Source: an uncultured delta proteobacterium (GTDB lineage Bacteria; Myxococcota_A; Polyangia; Polyangiales; Polyangiaceae). From it: a stretch of DNA of 64,000 nucleotides. The stretch spans positions 192,001 to 256,000 of the forward strand of contig CAVOKF010000004.1 of NCBI GenBank assembly GCA_963696385.1, read 5' to 3'. A program made the position numbers and the translations under genes. Of this stretch, positions 18,267-28,818 are shown one piece after another (position 1 is the stretch's first letter; the number at the start of each line of letters is the position of its first letter). The notes under the pieces are model-generated. The model saw only the letters and a program-made list of their open reading frames with translations, searched no databases and was not told the DNA's origin.

Positions 18267-19790
18267 TCACGGAGCGGTCGCGCGCATCGCAGCGATCTGA
18301 GCGTCGAGCCGATCGACGTCGCGTTTCAAATCATCGGCCATTCGAGCCGATCGATCCGCAATTTTGTCGCCGTGCCCTTTGACGGTCTCGGCCCACCTGC
18401 GCACATCGTCGAGGTAGCCGATTTGCTTCTCGATCGCACGGGCCGCACTCTCGATTTCGCCGATGGCGGCTTGCGCGCTTCGGTCCGCACAGTGCTCTCG
18501 CACGGCGAGCGCACGGGCAAGGCTGTAGGCCACCCGGACGACGAGATCGGCGGCGGGATCGTCTGCATCCCAAGCGACGACGATGTCGCTGCCATGACGC
18601 GCAAGCGAGGTAAGCCCCGGCGGTGCATTGGCGACGGAAAAGACGAACACGCCCACTTGCGCTTGGCGGTTGCGGCGCGCCTCGTCGATCTCGTCGAGCG
18701 CCGCCCGAAGAGTGCAGCCCCGCTTGTCTTTGGCCTCCCACACGACGCGTGCGTGGGCGGCCGCCGAATCGGCGCCGAGCTCGACGACGAAGTCGCCCAC
18801 CTTGCAGTTTTTGATGAGACCCGGCGAATCTCCCGTGGCCTGAACCAGGTCACCGAGACGCTCGGCTTCGGTTGCCAGGACCTCGCCGAGCCGATCTTCG
18901 AAATCGAGCCCGTGGCGCGGAGCCCGCGATTCGACCTTCCTGCGGGTATCGAGCCTCGCGAGCGACTCACGCACCTGCGCCTGAAACTCGCCGTTGTCCC
19001 GCACGAGCCAATCAATGGTCGCTTGAAGCTCCCGCTTCAGCCGGGCGAGCGCCGAGTGCTCGTCGTCGAGGGTCAGATTCTTGCCAATTTGATCGGTCGC
19101 CGAAGACACCATCCGGGACAAGCGACTCATCGTCGACTTTTCGTCATCGAGCGAGAACTCGCCGACCAGACGCGACAGGGCCGAGTCCTTCTGGTCGAGC
19201 GAAAATTCGCGCAAAATTTCTTTGCGTTGGCCGGCGAGGGCAGTCTCGATCGCGGATGTGAGCTGAGCGCGCAGCCCCTTCGCGTCGGTCGGCGAGAGAA
19301 GCTTGAACAGTGGGCTCCCTTCTCCGACGTGGGCGGCCAGAGACCGAGCGAGAAGCGAGTCGTCCCCACCCACGTGAAGGCGCAGCATGCGTTCGAGCTC
19401 GCCGTCGGTCCGAATGAGCGCATCGAGCCGTTGAGGCAGTGCCCCGCTCTGACCGTCGAGGTAATGGGTGAGCGTCGCAGCGATGCGTTCGTGCAATTCG
19501 GTCGTGCGGGCCGACAACAGATCGCGCACGTCGCCGACGAGCGCACTGCCGGCCTCGCGAATGGACGCAGCGTCGACCTGTCCGCTGGCGGTTCGCAACG
19601 CGAGGACTCCGATGCGAAGCGCCGCAAGGGCATGGCGATTGCGCTCGCTGCCCTCCGGCACGTGCCGCAGTTCGTTGACGACGTCGGGATCGGCGATCTC
19701 CAACGTGAGCAGCATCGGCGCGGGCGAGGCGCGGGGACGGAGCGGCTCGATCTGCGCGACGGAACTGACGGCCCTGGCGGCTTGCTCCAT
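18267..19790 (-). CDS. Coiled-coil protein with a putative PD-(D/E)XK (restriction-endonuclease-fold) domain
   Basis: Long helical N-terminus; HGLDFED...KVGDFVVEL...VVWEAKDK; coiled-coil C-terminus; AGGAGG RBS. Confidence 0.65.
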   Translation of the reverse strand: MEQAARAVSSVAQIEPLRPRASPAPMLLTLEIADPDVVNELRHVPEGSERNRHALAALRIGVLALRTASGQVDAASIREAGSALVGDVRDLLSARTTELHERIAATLTHYLDGQSGALPQRLDALIRTDGELERMLRLHVGGDDSLLARSLAAHVGEGSPLFKLLSPTDAKGLRAQLTSAIETALAGQRKEILREFSLDQKDSALSRLVGEFSLDDEKSTMSRLSRMVSSATDQIGKNLTLDDEHSALARLKRELQATIDWLVRDNGEFQAQVRESLARLDTRRKVESRAPRHGLDFEDRLGEVLATEAERLGDLVQATGDSPGLIKNCKVGDFVVELGADSAAAHARVVWEAKDKRGCTLRAALDEIDEARRNRQAQVGVFVFSVANAPPGLTSLARHGSDIVVAWDADDPAADLVVRVAYSLARALAVREHCADRSAQAAIGEIESAARAIEKQIGYLDDVRRWAETVKGHGDKIADRSARMADDLKRDVDRLDAQIAAMRATAP

Positions 19791-19874
19791 GGGTTCCTCC
19801 TGGTCGGATGTTTAGCATAACGACCGCGGATCGTCGGGTGCCACGGCTCGCCGAACGCTCCCGCCACGCAGCTC

Positions 19875-21833
19875 CTACATGTCCGATTGTTGAATAGAAT
19901 CGAGCTTTTCTGTCACGCCGGTATGCCGCGACGCCGTTCTTTGAACCGCACGCGCGAGCAGGTGCGCAGAACCGACGACGAGGACGGACCGCCGCGCGCG
20001 CGTCATGGCCGTGTAGACGAGCTCGCGCGTGAGCAGGGGCACGTCGACGTCCGGCAGCACCAGCGCCACATCGTCGAACTCCGACCCCTGCGCTTTGTGA
20101 ACGGTCATCGCGAAGGCCGGCGCGAGATCGGCGCCCGCCTCGAGAGCCTGCGCCTCGAATCGCGACCCGCGCGCGAACGCAGCCATCAAGTACGGGCCCT
20201 CGACATCGTCGACTTGCGCCCGAACGACCACGCCCTGATCTCCGTTGAAAAGTCCGCGCGCATAATCGTTTCGCTGCGCGACACACGGAGCGCCCGGTGC
20301 GAACTCGCGCGCACGCCGCCATCGCGCCCGCGCGGCATGACCGGCGGCGCCTCGAAGCCGCATGAGCAAACGCGCGTTGATGGCTCCGGCACTGGTGTCG
20401 AAGCCCATGACCCGAGTGACGCACAGGATGCGCGCGCGGCCGTGATGCGCGAAAAGGGCCCTCAGGTCGGCCGCGTCCTCGGCCACGAAGGCGCCGTCCT
20501 TCACGCGGTACGTCCGCGACGACAACCGCCGAAAGGCCGGATCCGTCATTCGAATCGTCCACCAACGATCGAGCCACTCGTCGCCGATCTGCGTCCACGA
20601 CGCATCCAAGTGCTCGACGCCTTCGAATGCCAGATCCGCGACCGACCGACGCGTGGCGACGGCCGCCGTGAACGCCGCGTCGAGAACCCCCGCGTTCACG
20701 GCACGCGCTGCCGTCACAATCCGGCGGGCGAGTGGGTCACGGCCGACGCGCAAGTTGACCGTCAGCCGCACGGCCTTCAGCGCGGCGCAGAGATCGCGGA
20801 AGACGGCGCCGGCTTCGACGGACGGAAGCTGGTCGGCGTCGCCCAGCAGGACGAGTCGAGCATCGTGGTGCAGCGCGCGGACCAGCCGGTCCATCATCGC
20901 CAGATCGATCATCGACGCCTCGTCGACGAGGATCAGCTTGTGCGGCAGCGGATCGTTCTCGTGGCGCGCGAAGCGACCGCTCTGCGGGGACCAGCCGAGC
21001 AGGCGATGCAGTGTGAGCGCCGAGGGCATGATCCCGCGCAGCGCGGATTCGGAGATGTCGTAGGGAGCGGCTGCCGCCAGACCCGTCGCGATCGCGTCCG
21101 AGAGTCTCTGCGCCGCCTTGCCCGTGGGAGCGGCGATCGCGACCGCATCGAGCGGAGGAACCCCCAGCCAGGCGACGGCGCGGACGATGGCGACCACAGC
21201 GGTCGTCTTTCCGGTACCCGGACCTCCGGTGATCAGGGTCAACGGCGATCGAAGGGCTTGGCGGACCGCGGACCTTTGCTCGACCGTCAGGCTTTCGCCC
21301 CCCACGGCCTTGATCGCCCGACCGACGGCACGGGCATCGCAGCCCTCGGCGCCGCGACGGATGCGGTCCCGAACGCGCGCGCAAAAGCGATCCTCGAGTG
21401 CGCGCATCCGCTCGGCGTAAAGCCATTCCCCGTCGAGGATGAGAGGCTTGCGTTCGCCGGGCCGACCGATGACCGTGCCCACCGGGTCGCCGGCATTCGA
21501 TCGAACCCGTTGAATCAACCGTCGCGCTGGGTCGGTCTCCTCGGCCGCGCCGGCAGCGGCCATCGCGGTGGCGAACAAGGGGCCTGCGAGCGGCAAACGG
21601 GTGCTGCCCGCGCGATTCGACACGATGCAGGCGGCTGCGATGGCCGCGAGGACACGGCGATCGGACGGTGACGATTCCGTCGCGCAGCGGGCGACCTCCC
21701 AGCCGAGGTAGTGCGCCTCGCCGTCTCCCGAATCCTGGTCCTGCCCGCACATCGCGCCGTCCTCGACGCGAGGATCGCCGCGCTGACGCAAGAATCGCCG
21801 AGCGGCCGTTCCGGACGGATCCAGGCGGTTCAC
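19875..21833 (-). CDS. recD: Exodeoxyribonuclease V alpha subunit
   Basis: ITGGPGTGKTT, AAPTGKAAQR, TLHRLLG, DEASM, GDADQLPSV, TVHKAQGSEF, YTAMTRAR; GTG start overlaps the recB TGA. Confidence 0.93.
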   Translation of the reverse strand: MNRLDPSGTAARRFLRQRGDPRVEDGAMCGQDQDSGDGEAHYLGWEVARCATESSPSDRRVLAAIAAACIVSNRAGSTRLPLAGPLFATAMAAAGAAEETDPARRLIQRVRSNAGDPVGTVIGRPGERKPLILDGEWLYAERMRALEDRFCARVRDRIRRGAEGCDARAVGRAIKAVGGESLTVEQRSAVRQALRSPLTLITGGPGTGKTTAVVAIVRAVAWLGVPPLDAVAIAAPTGKAAQRLSDAIATGLAAAAPYDISESALRGIMPSALTLHRLLGWSPQSGRFARHENDPLPHKLILVDEASMIDLAMMDRLVRALHHDARLVLLGDADQLPSVEAGAVFRDLCAALKAVRLTVNLRVGRDPLARRIVTAARAVNAGVLDAAFTAAVATRRSVADLAFEGVEHLDASWTQIGDEWLDRWWTIRMTDPAFRRLSSRTYRVKDGAFVAEDAADLRALFAHHGRARILCVTRVMGFDTSAGAINARLLMRLRGAAGHAARARWRRAREFAPGAPCVAQRNDYARGLFNGDQGVVVRAQVDDVEGPYLMAAFARGSRFEAQALEAGADLAPAFAMTVHKAQGSEFDDVALVLPDVDVPLLTRELVYTAMTRARRSVLVVGSAHLLARAVQRTASRHTGVTEKLDSIQQSDM

Positions 21834-24800
21834 GAGAGTGCCGCCCCGCGCAGCTCTTCGATCCAGGCGAGCACGTCGTCCCAGCTGGGCCGCAATGACC
21901 ACAGACCGCACCCATCCGAATCGAACCCTCGCAAGAAGCAGTAGAGAAGACCACCGAAGCGAGCCTCGTGTTCCGATCGACGCGTCACCCCTAAGAGCTT
22001 CGTGACCGCCAGCGTGTAGAGCTTGACCTGATCGCGATAGTGTTCGTCGACGCGACGATTCAGCGCGTCCGGCGCGTAGGAGCGGAGCGAGTCGCTCTTC
22101 CAATCCACGAAATACGTCAACGAGCCGTGGGCGAACACGAGGTCGAGCGATCCTCGCACGTAGGCAGACGCCTGCTCGGCGCCGTTCGCGGAGGCCACCG
22201 GATAGACGAATTTCATTTCGCGAACGACGCGCGCCGCGGCCGCGAATGACTCGATGGACTCGCCGGTCGGCAGGACCACGGGCCGACGATAGGCGGTCCA
22301 CACCAGGCTCTCGGCGTGTCGGCGCTGCTCGGGGTCGATGCGATGAACCGTCATGGCTTCGTCGAAGAGCTCCCGCACGTCCGCGCGGGCCCGCCAAGCG
22401 TCGATGTCGGCGGCCGCGCAGAAGGAGGCCAGCGGCACGCGTTCCAGCAGCTCGTGCAGAAATACTCCGGAGGTGCGCGCCCCTCGCAAGCTCGCGCCCG
22501 ACGTCTCGCTTGCGACGTCGACGGGCTCGGCTTCGGCCTCGTCGGAGGCGATCCAAGCCGTGCGGGCCGCAAGGCCGCTCTTCATGCGCGTGTACGAGGT
22601 GAGGATCGCGCCCGCGTGTCGAGCTCGCAAGGAATCGAAGGATTCGGCTGGGGCCTGCCGGCGCCATATCGCCCCGGACGGCCGCCAGCTCTCCGGCGTG
22701 TCGCCTGCAGCCCGATCGAGCGGCGGTGTCGAGATCGGCGCAGCACGAGCCACGTCCTCGACCGTCCAGCTTTCGGCGCCGCCGGCCAGCAGCTCGACCA
22801 CCCGATGGTCGACGCGTGCGTACGGACCCCGCAGGTTTTTCGAGAAGGCCCCGTCGACGACACACGGCAAGATCATGCGCCCCTCGGCCCTCGTGAGGGC
22901 CACGTACATGAGCCGTTCTTCCTCTTCGCGTTCCTCGAGTTTCACGACCGGCTTGACGTCCGGCGACGGACTGCCCACCCAGGCCAGACGGTGGCCATGC
23001 TCGTGGTAGACGTGAACGTCGTCGGCGCCACTCGCCGAGAAGCCGCCGGCGACGAAAACGAGCGGCGCCTCCAAGCCCTTCGCCTTGTGGATCGTCATGA
23101 TCTGCACGGCGCGGCGTTCGCTGTCGAGCCGCTGCAGGTTGCCTTCGATCCGGGGGACGCTTCGCGTCTTGGCGATGAGCCCACCGAGCTCGCTCGCGAG
23201 ATCGCGAAGCGTCACGTGCCCCTCGCGGGCTCGCTCGAGCAACAGGTCGATGACGTGCATCGTGTTGGTGAGCTCTCGTTCGCCGTCGGCCGCGAAAATC
23301 TCCCTGCGCAGGATACCGGACTCGGTCACGACGCTTTCGAAGAGTCGATCGAAGCTGCGCGCGTCGGCGAGGGCTTTCCACGTCCGAAGGCGCGCGAAGA
23401 GAGGATGACCTGCGGGCAAGTCGCGCGTCCGTTCGAGCGCCGACAGCGGCAGCCCGAAGAAAGGCGTCAGCCAAACCGCGAGTCGGCGGGCCCGATCGTC
23501 GGGGTCGTCGATCGCCGCCAGCAGAGTGCGCAGGTCTTTGGCCGCGTCGCTCTGGAACAGCCCCTCGTCCTTGTAGAATGCGTGCGGCAGACCGGCTTCG
23601 CGCAGCGCCGCACCGATCACGCGGCCCTCGCGCGCCGTGCGCGTCAGCACGAAGATGTCGGAGTACGTGACCGATGTCCCATCGAACTTCCAGGGACGCA
23701 GCGGGTCCGTAGCCCGGCGAATCTCGCGCGCGATCGCCGCCCCGAGGGCGGGACCCGACAACTCGCCGTGGAACCGAAGGACGTGGAGCGGCGAAACGGG
23801 CCGATCCTGGCCGTCGACGAGCGAGCGTCCGGGTCGGCCGCAGGAGACGGGCCTGTAACCGCTTTTCCCCGAAAGCATCGGCTCGGGCGCAGCTGCGTCG
23901 AAGAGATCGTTGGTCGCCTCGACGAGCGCGCTCGTCGCCCGGTAGTTGATTCCGAGCGACACGAGCTTGCCGCCCCCCGCGAGGACCTCGTCCCGGGCGC
24001 GGAAGTACGTGTCCAGGTCGGCGCCCCGAAATCGATAGATCGATTGCTTCGGGTCGCCGACCAGAAACAGGTTGCCGGCGGGCCATTCACCGGCGCTCCG
24101 CTCGAAGAAAGCCCGTCGGAAGATCGACCACTGCGTCTCGTCGGTATCCTGAAACTCGTCGATCAGCGCGTGCCGCCAACGACCGCGGATGGCCGAAACC
24201 AGGGCGCGCCCGCCCGGACCCGAGAGGGCCTCGTCGACGAGCATGAGCATGTCGTCGAAGTCGTATCGGCCGGCGTCTCGCTTCGTTTGGACCAGGGCGC
24301 GCTCCACGGCGGGAAGCAAGGCTCCGGCGACCGCGGCGGCGAACGGTGGCGTGCGACGCGCGAGCGCGAGCGCGGCGGCGCAGACGCGCGACGCAGGACC
24401 CGCTGAAAGCGACACGGAGCCGAGCTGCTCGATCAGCTGGGCCACCTTCAGCCGCTCGGCCTCGCGCACGTATCTCGCGACATCTCCAGTCCGCCGTGTG
24501 CGCTCGACCAGATCGGCCAGATCGCGAATGCGCCGGCACGCATTGCTCGCTCGCGAGGGATGCACCCCGCACCCTTTGAGCTCGGCAGCGAGATCGGTCA
24601 CCCGCGCATCGTCGACCGGCATCGCGTGAAGGGCCGCCGTCAACCCTGCGAGGTCGAACTCGGGACGCAACGAACCGCGCGCTTGCTTGCAGTCCCACAG
24701 CAGAGTCTCGATCTGCGCGATCGACCAGCCGAACTCGAGGGCGGCCTGGAGCCAAAGCGCGCGGCCGGGGTCGGTCGCCGCCTCGCGCCGCAGCGCGTCG

Positions 24801-25264
24801 CGCAAGGCCCGGCCGAATGCCTCGCGTCCGTCGACCGGCTGCTCGTCGAAGAGACGGCCGCTTCCGAATGCGTTGTCCTGGAGGATCCGCTGGCAGAAGG
24901 CGTGAATCGTGGTGATGGTCCCACTGTCGAAAGCGCGCAAGGCTCGCGCGAGTCGGCCGCGCGCGACATCGTCGATCACCCAGTCGTCCGCCCCGCACGA
25001 CGTGTGCGCGGAAACCTCTTCGCCGTGGCCTGAGACCATGTCCTCGAGCTTGGCGCGCACGCGCGAGCGGATCTCCTGGGTGGCTTTCTCCGTGAACGTG
25101 ACGATCAGCAATTGCTCGAACGCCACATCGGTCGTCAAAAGGAGCTCGACGACCAGGTGTTCGAGCGTGAACGTCTTTCCCGTCCCCGCCGACGCTTCGA
25201 TGACGGTGTGACGATCGAGCGGAATCTCGCGAAGCACGGCCGGCCGAGGGATCCGAGTCGTCAC
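21830..25264 (-). CDS. recB: Exodeoxyribonuclease V beta subunit
   Basis: EASAGTGKT, TFTEKAT, TIHAFC, DEFQDT, GDPKQSIYRFRGA, TIHKAKGLE, YVALTRA, nuclease motif GSLDLVF...VDWKS; GTG start overlaps the recC stop. Confidence 0.95.
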   Translation of the reverse strand: MTTRIPRPAVLREIPLDRHTVIEASAGTGKTFTLEHLVVELLLTTDVAFEQLLIVTFTEKATQEIRSRVRAKLEDMVSGHGEEVSAHTSCGADDWVIDDVARGRLARALRAFDSGTITTIHAFCQRILQDNAFGSGRLFDEQPVDGREAFGRALRDALRREAATDPGRALWLQAALEFGWSIAQIETLLWDCKQARGSLRPEFDLAGLTAALHAMPVDDARVTDLAAELKGCGVHPSRASNACRRIRDLADLVERTRRTGDVARYVREAERLKVAQLIEQLGSVSLSAGPASRVCAAALALARRTPPFAAAVAGALLPAVERALVQTKRDAGRYDFDDMLMLVDEALSGPGGRALVSAIRGRWRHALIDEFQDTDETQWSIFRRAFFERSAGEWPAGNLFLVGDPKQSIYRFRGADLDTYFRARDEVLAGGGKLVSLGINYRATSALVEATNDLFDAAAPEPMLSGKSGYRPVSCGRPGRSLVDGQDRPVSPLHVLRFHGELSGPALGAAIAREIRRATDPLRPWKFDGTSVTYSDIFVLTRTAREGRVIGAALREAGLPHAFYKDEGLFQSDAAKDLRTLLAAIDDPDDRARRLAVWLTPFFGLPLSALERTRDLPAGHPLFARLRTWKALADARSFDRLFESVVTESGILRREIFAADGERELTNTMHVIDLLLERAREGHVTLRDLASELGGLIAKTRSVPRIEGNLQRLDSERRAVQIMTIHKAKGLEAPLVFVAGGFSASGADDVHVYHEHGHRLAWVGSPSPDVKPVVKLEEREEEERLMYVALTRAEGRMILPCVVDGAFSKNLRGPYARVDHRVVELLAGGAESWTVEDVARAAPISTPPLDRAAGDTPESWRPSGAIWRRQAPAESFDSLRARHAGAILTSYTRMKSGLAARTAWIASDEAEAEPVDVASETSGASLRGARTSGVFLHELLERVPLASFCAAADIDAWRARADVRELFDEAMTVHRIDPEQRRHAESLVWTAYRRPVVLPTGESIESFAAAARVVREMKFVYPVASANGAEQASAYVRGSLDLVFAHGSLTYFVDWKSDSLRSYAPDALNRRVDEHYRDQVKLYTLAVTKLLGVTRRSEHEARFGGLLYCFLRGFDSDGCGLWSLRPSWDDVLAWIEELRGAALS

Positions 25265-28200
25265 GGGTCCGTACCCCAACGATCGAGCGGCAGGCCGAAG
25301 CGGCTCGCCACCATCTCCTGCGCACGGTCCTCGTCCGGCGCATCGTAGCGGTCGACTCTCGGTACGGGCCCGGATGCCGAACGCAGCGCCGCCCGGTCGT
25401 CGTCCCCAAGCCGATCGCGCGCCCTCTCGATCCACGGCGTCACCAGGCCCTGGGGCTCGCGCGAGGCCGCGCGGGCCAATACCGCTTCGCAGGGAAAGAA
25501 ATACGCGTGCGAGCCGGTGATCAGCTGACGCACGAGACCGCGCAGCCATCCGGTCGCCTCGGCGCGCGAGATGGGGGCGAAGGCGACGCGGTCGACCGCC
25601 GTCGTGCCATCGGGCAGGGCCAAGACCACGACGGACGCCCGAGCCGTCTCCCCGAGGCCGGAGGCCGAAAGAATCGCGTGATCTACGAACGCCCGAAGCG
25701 CCAGGCGATCTCGTTCGGCACGCGTCCACTCGTTGGTCTTGCCCTCGTCCTTCATGCGTCGAGCCAAGAGTAGGCACGAGTCGCGTTGCGGCCCGAGCGG
25801 CAGCGTGCGGCCGCCGATCTCCGCGCGCACCAGGCGGGCGATGCCCGCGGCATCGACGACCTCCACGTCGAGGCGCAGGGCTTGGTGGACGTGGTCGGCG
25901 CGCGCGTGCTCTCCGGCCCGCCCGAAGCGATGAACCTCGATGGCTCCGTAGGCAAATCCGGACGCCGCAATTTCGCGCGTCCAGCCATCGAGCGTCGCGA
26001 TGTGATCGGCTCGCTCGCCGCGCGCGAATACGCCGGACGGTCCGGAGCCTCGCAGCTCGCGATGCCGTACTTCGGCGTCGTAGACGCAGTCGAGCGGGCG
26101 ACCGGTAGCGGCCGCCTCGAGCAGCACGCTTCGCAGAAACACCGTCTCGTCGCGTCCTGGGGTCTCGAATGGTTCGTCCTCGCGCCCCATGACGTCGTCG
26201 TCGTCGAGCTCGTCGAGCCCCAGGCGGAAGCGCGCCCAGCCCTGAAGGGGAAACTCCAAGAATTTCAGGATCGCGTACAAAGGGATCACGACGCGCGGTT
26301 CCACGGCGGGCGCCCCGGGAGGAAGAACCGACAGGCGGAGGTGGTCCGCGAGCGCCGCCCAGTCGCGGTCCTCGGAGGCGCGCGACGACACCTGTTCGAG
26401 AGACGCCTGGGCGCCGCACGATTCGGCACTTCGCCGCAAAGCGAGAGCCTGAGCTTCGGCGCGTGCCTCGTCGAGCTGCATCGTGCCCAACCTGGAATCG
26501 CGCCGCGGCGACTCGGAGAATAGATCGGGGAAGTAGGCCGGATCCCAGCGACGCAACGGGTGGCGGCGCCGCAAGGCGGCCGTGTCCACGCCGTAGTCTC
26601 TCTCGATCGTGTGGAGCAGATCCTGCACGACCGACGACGGGGCTAGGCCGTCCCCTGTGACGGCGTCGCGCGAAACGTACGAGAGCACCAACCGATCGCG
26701 AATCCCGATCACCATTTCGAGAAACGCGTACCGATCGCGCTCCCGGGCCGTCACGTCGCCCTCGCGCCGCCGCGCCCAGCGCAGATCGAGCGGGTCCTCC
26801 GCCTCGGGCGACGGGAACCGCCCTTCGCCCATGCCGCACGCGAAGACGACGCGGAAGGGAAGCGAGCGCATCGCGGACAGCGTCGACACGACAACGCCTT
26901 CGCCGGGCTGCGAGCCGACGACCGGCCGGATTCGTTCGCGCACGATCTCGCACGCGATGCGGTACCTGACGCGCCGCCCGCCGATGTCGGTACGTCCGAC
27001 CTCGTGCACCCGGCGCAGGCACATCGCGAGTCGCTCTTCCTCTACCGCGCTCGTCGGCACGACGTAGGATTCGATGGCGGCGCCGAGAAAATCGGCCCAG
27101 TGCGCGAGCGTCAGCTCCGCATCGCGAGCGAAGCGGGCGTCGGCGAGCAAAGACTGCACGAGCAGACCGAACGCGGCCGCATCGTCCATGTCCGACGGGA
27201 GAATCTCGTAGGGGACATAGGACTGGCCATCGACTTCGAACGGCCGTCGATCGCCCGTAGGGTCTCCGGCCATGAACGATCCCAGCGCGAGGCGGCGCAG
27301 GCCTTGGTCCCAGTTGAGGATGTCGCCTGCGATGTACGTCCCTTCGTGATCGGTTCGATCGGCGCCGTGAACCACGCCGAGGGCGTCGCACCACGCGATC
27401 CAGCGTTCGGGGTCGCCGTCGTCCACGGTTGCGACCACGAGCGGGTGGACGGCGATGCGCAGGAGGTCCTGTCGCGTGAATCGCCCGAGCGGAAGCGCGA
27501 GCAGCAAGTCGATGGCTTCGAAGACGCGATCGACACCGGCGCCCGACGCGAGCATGCGATGGGGAATATCGTGGGCCTCGCGGAATACGGCGCCCACTTG
27601 CGCCGCGTACTCGGCCTCGTCCACGTCCGGGACCAGCAAGGCAACGTCGTCGAACCGCAACCGGTCGTCCTGCGCGCAAAGGCGCCAGATCTCACTCGCG
27701 ACCGCCTCGAGTTCACGACGCACACTGGCGTGCTCGAGCAGGACAATGCTCTCGTCGCCGGCCGCCAGGGGCCTCTGGTCCGAACGCGCCGCCCGCGACT
27801 CGCGCCGAAGCACGTCGCTTTGCAGGCGATGGAGCAAAGTCGCCGCCGTGCCCGGAGTGCTCAGCGGGTCCACGAACCGCTCGTCGTGGTCGAATCCAGC
27901 CATCCGGTTCAACGCGCGCATCTGCTCGCGGCCCGGCCGTCCCCAGAGCAACAGCGGCTCGGGATCCTGCGAATCGGCATCCTCCCAGAATCCTTCGCAA
28001 GGGCTGAGTGCGTAGATGGATACGTCCGCGAACCGGGCCAACCGGTCGAACAGCGCATGGAAGGTCTGCGCGAAGTGCGCGAACGCGACAACGTGCACGG
28101 CACGAGGCGCTTCGGCGGAGGCGGGGTCGAAGGCAGCGACCGCGTCGCACAGAGGGACGACCGGGCGGCCTGCCGGGGACGCACGGCGCTCGGCCAGCCC

Positions 28201-28743
28201 GCCCGGACCGAACATCCCAAGCCACATGCGCCGTTGCCACATCTCCGTATCCCCGCCCGCTTCGCCGAGCGATGGTCCTCGCCGCCAGGCCAAAAGCAGT
28301 TCGGCCCTCGAGTACGTGTACTCTTCAAAGAGTCGCCCAATGCGCGCCGCCAGTTGCACGCTGCGCAAATCGATCGGGCCGGCCGCGTCGCCGGCGCCGT
28401 GCAGATACGCGCGCACGGGGGCCAGGTCGGGAGCGGAGAGGGCCTCGGGGTCGAGCAGGATCGCGAGGGCCATGGCCTGAAGGGAAGACGCATCCGCAAC
28501 GCAAGCGCCGGTGGTCTTCGCGACGAGATCGGAGGCGAAGCCGATAAGGCGCGCGACGTCGAGATTGGCGGCGATTCCACTTGATCGCGCGATCGCCATT
28601 CGCACACTCGCAGCGACATTCGCACTCGGAACGACGATCTGGACCGGCACGAGCGGACCGTCGCGAAGCTGCTGCTCGCGCGTCCGGCGGGAAAGCTCGT
28701 CGAAAAGTTCTTCGGTGCGATTCGAATAGAAGAGACGAACCAT
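25261..28743 (-). CDS. recC: Exodeoxyribonuclease V gamma subunit
   Basis: YSNRTEEL, TLLHRLQSDVL, HASVRRELE, MRSLPFRVVFACGM, DRYAFLE; first gene of a recC-recB-recD operon. Confidence 0.92.
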   Translation of the reverse strand: MVRLFYSNRTEELFDELSRRTREQQLRDGPLVPVQIVVPSANVAASVRMAIARSSGIAANLDVARLIGFASDLVAKTTGACVADASSLQAMALAILLDPEALSAPDLAPVRAYLHGAGDAAGPIDLRSVQLAARIGRLFEEYTYSRAELLLAWRRGPSLGEAGGDTEMWQRRMWLGMFGPGGLAERRASPAGRPVVPLCDAVAAFDPASAEAPRAVHVVAFAHFAQTFHALFDRLARFADVSIYALSPCEGFWEDADSQDPEPLLLWGRPGREQMRALNRMAGFDHDERFVDPLSTPGTAATLLHRLQSDVLRRESRAARSDQRPLAAGDESIVLLEHASVRRELEAVASEIWRLCAQDDRLRFDDVALLVPDVDEAEYAAQVGAVFREAHDIPHRMLASGAGVDRVFEAIDLLLALPLGRFTRQDLLRIAVHPLVVATVDDGDPERWIAWCDALGVVHGADRTDHEGTYIAGDILNWDQGLRRLALGSFMAGDPTGDRRPFEVDGQSYVPYEILPSDMDDAAAFGLLVQSLLADARFARDAELTLAHWADFLGAAIESYVVPTSAVEEERLAMCLRRVHEVGRTDIGGRRVRYRIACEIVRERIRPVVGSQPGEGVVVSTLSAMRSLPFRVVFACGMGEGRFPSPEAEDPLDLRWARRREGDVTARERDRYAFLEMVIGIRDRLVLSYVSRDAVTGDGLAPSSVVQDLLHTIERDYGVDTAALRRRHPLRRWDPAYFPDLFSESPRRDSRLGTMQLDEARAEAQALALRRSAESCGAQASLEQVSSRASEDRDWAALADHLRLSVLPPGAPAVEPRVVIPLYAILKFLEFPLQGWARFRLGLDELDDDDVMGREDEPFETPGRDETVFLRSVLLEAAATGRPLDCVYDAEVRHRELRGSGPSGVFARGERADHIATLDGWTREIAASGFAYGAIEVHRFGRAGEHARADHVHQALRLDVEVVDAAGIARLVRAEIGGRTLPLGPQRDSCLLLARRMKDEGKTNEWTRAERDRLALRAFVDHAILSASGLGETARASVVVLALPDGTTAVDRVAFAPISRAEATGWLRGLVRQLITGSHAYFFPCEAVLARAASREPQGLVTPWIERARDRLGDDDRAALRSASGPVPRVDRYDAPDEDRAQEMVASRFGLPLDRWGTDP

Positions 28744-28818
28744 GTCGTGTCCGCGCCAACGTACCGCCTCCCGCCGCCGTCCGCTTCGCGCGCTGGAGAA
28801 TCGGTGACCGCCTTGACG

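Noticed and set aside
19875..27679. 1403-aa and 1949-aa ORFs suggesting giant RecD and RecB proteins
   Set aside because: The N-terminal extensions are Arg/Gly-rich off-frame readings of recB and recC. GTGA overlaps define the real starts at 21833 and 25264.
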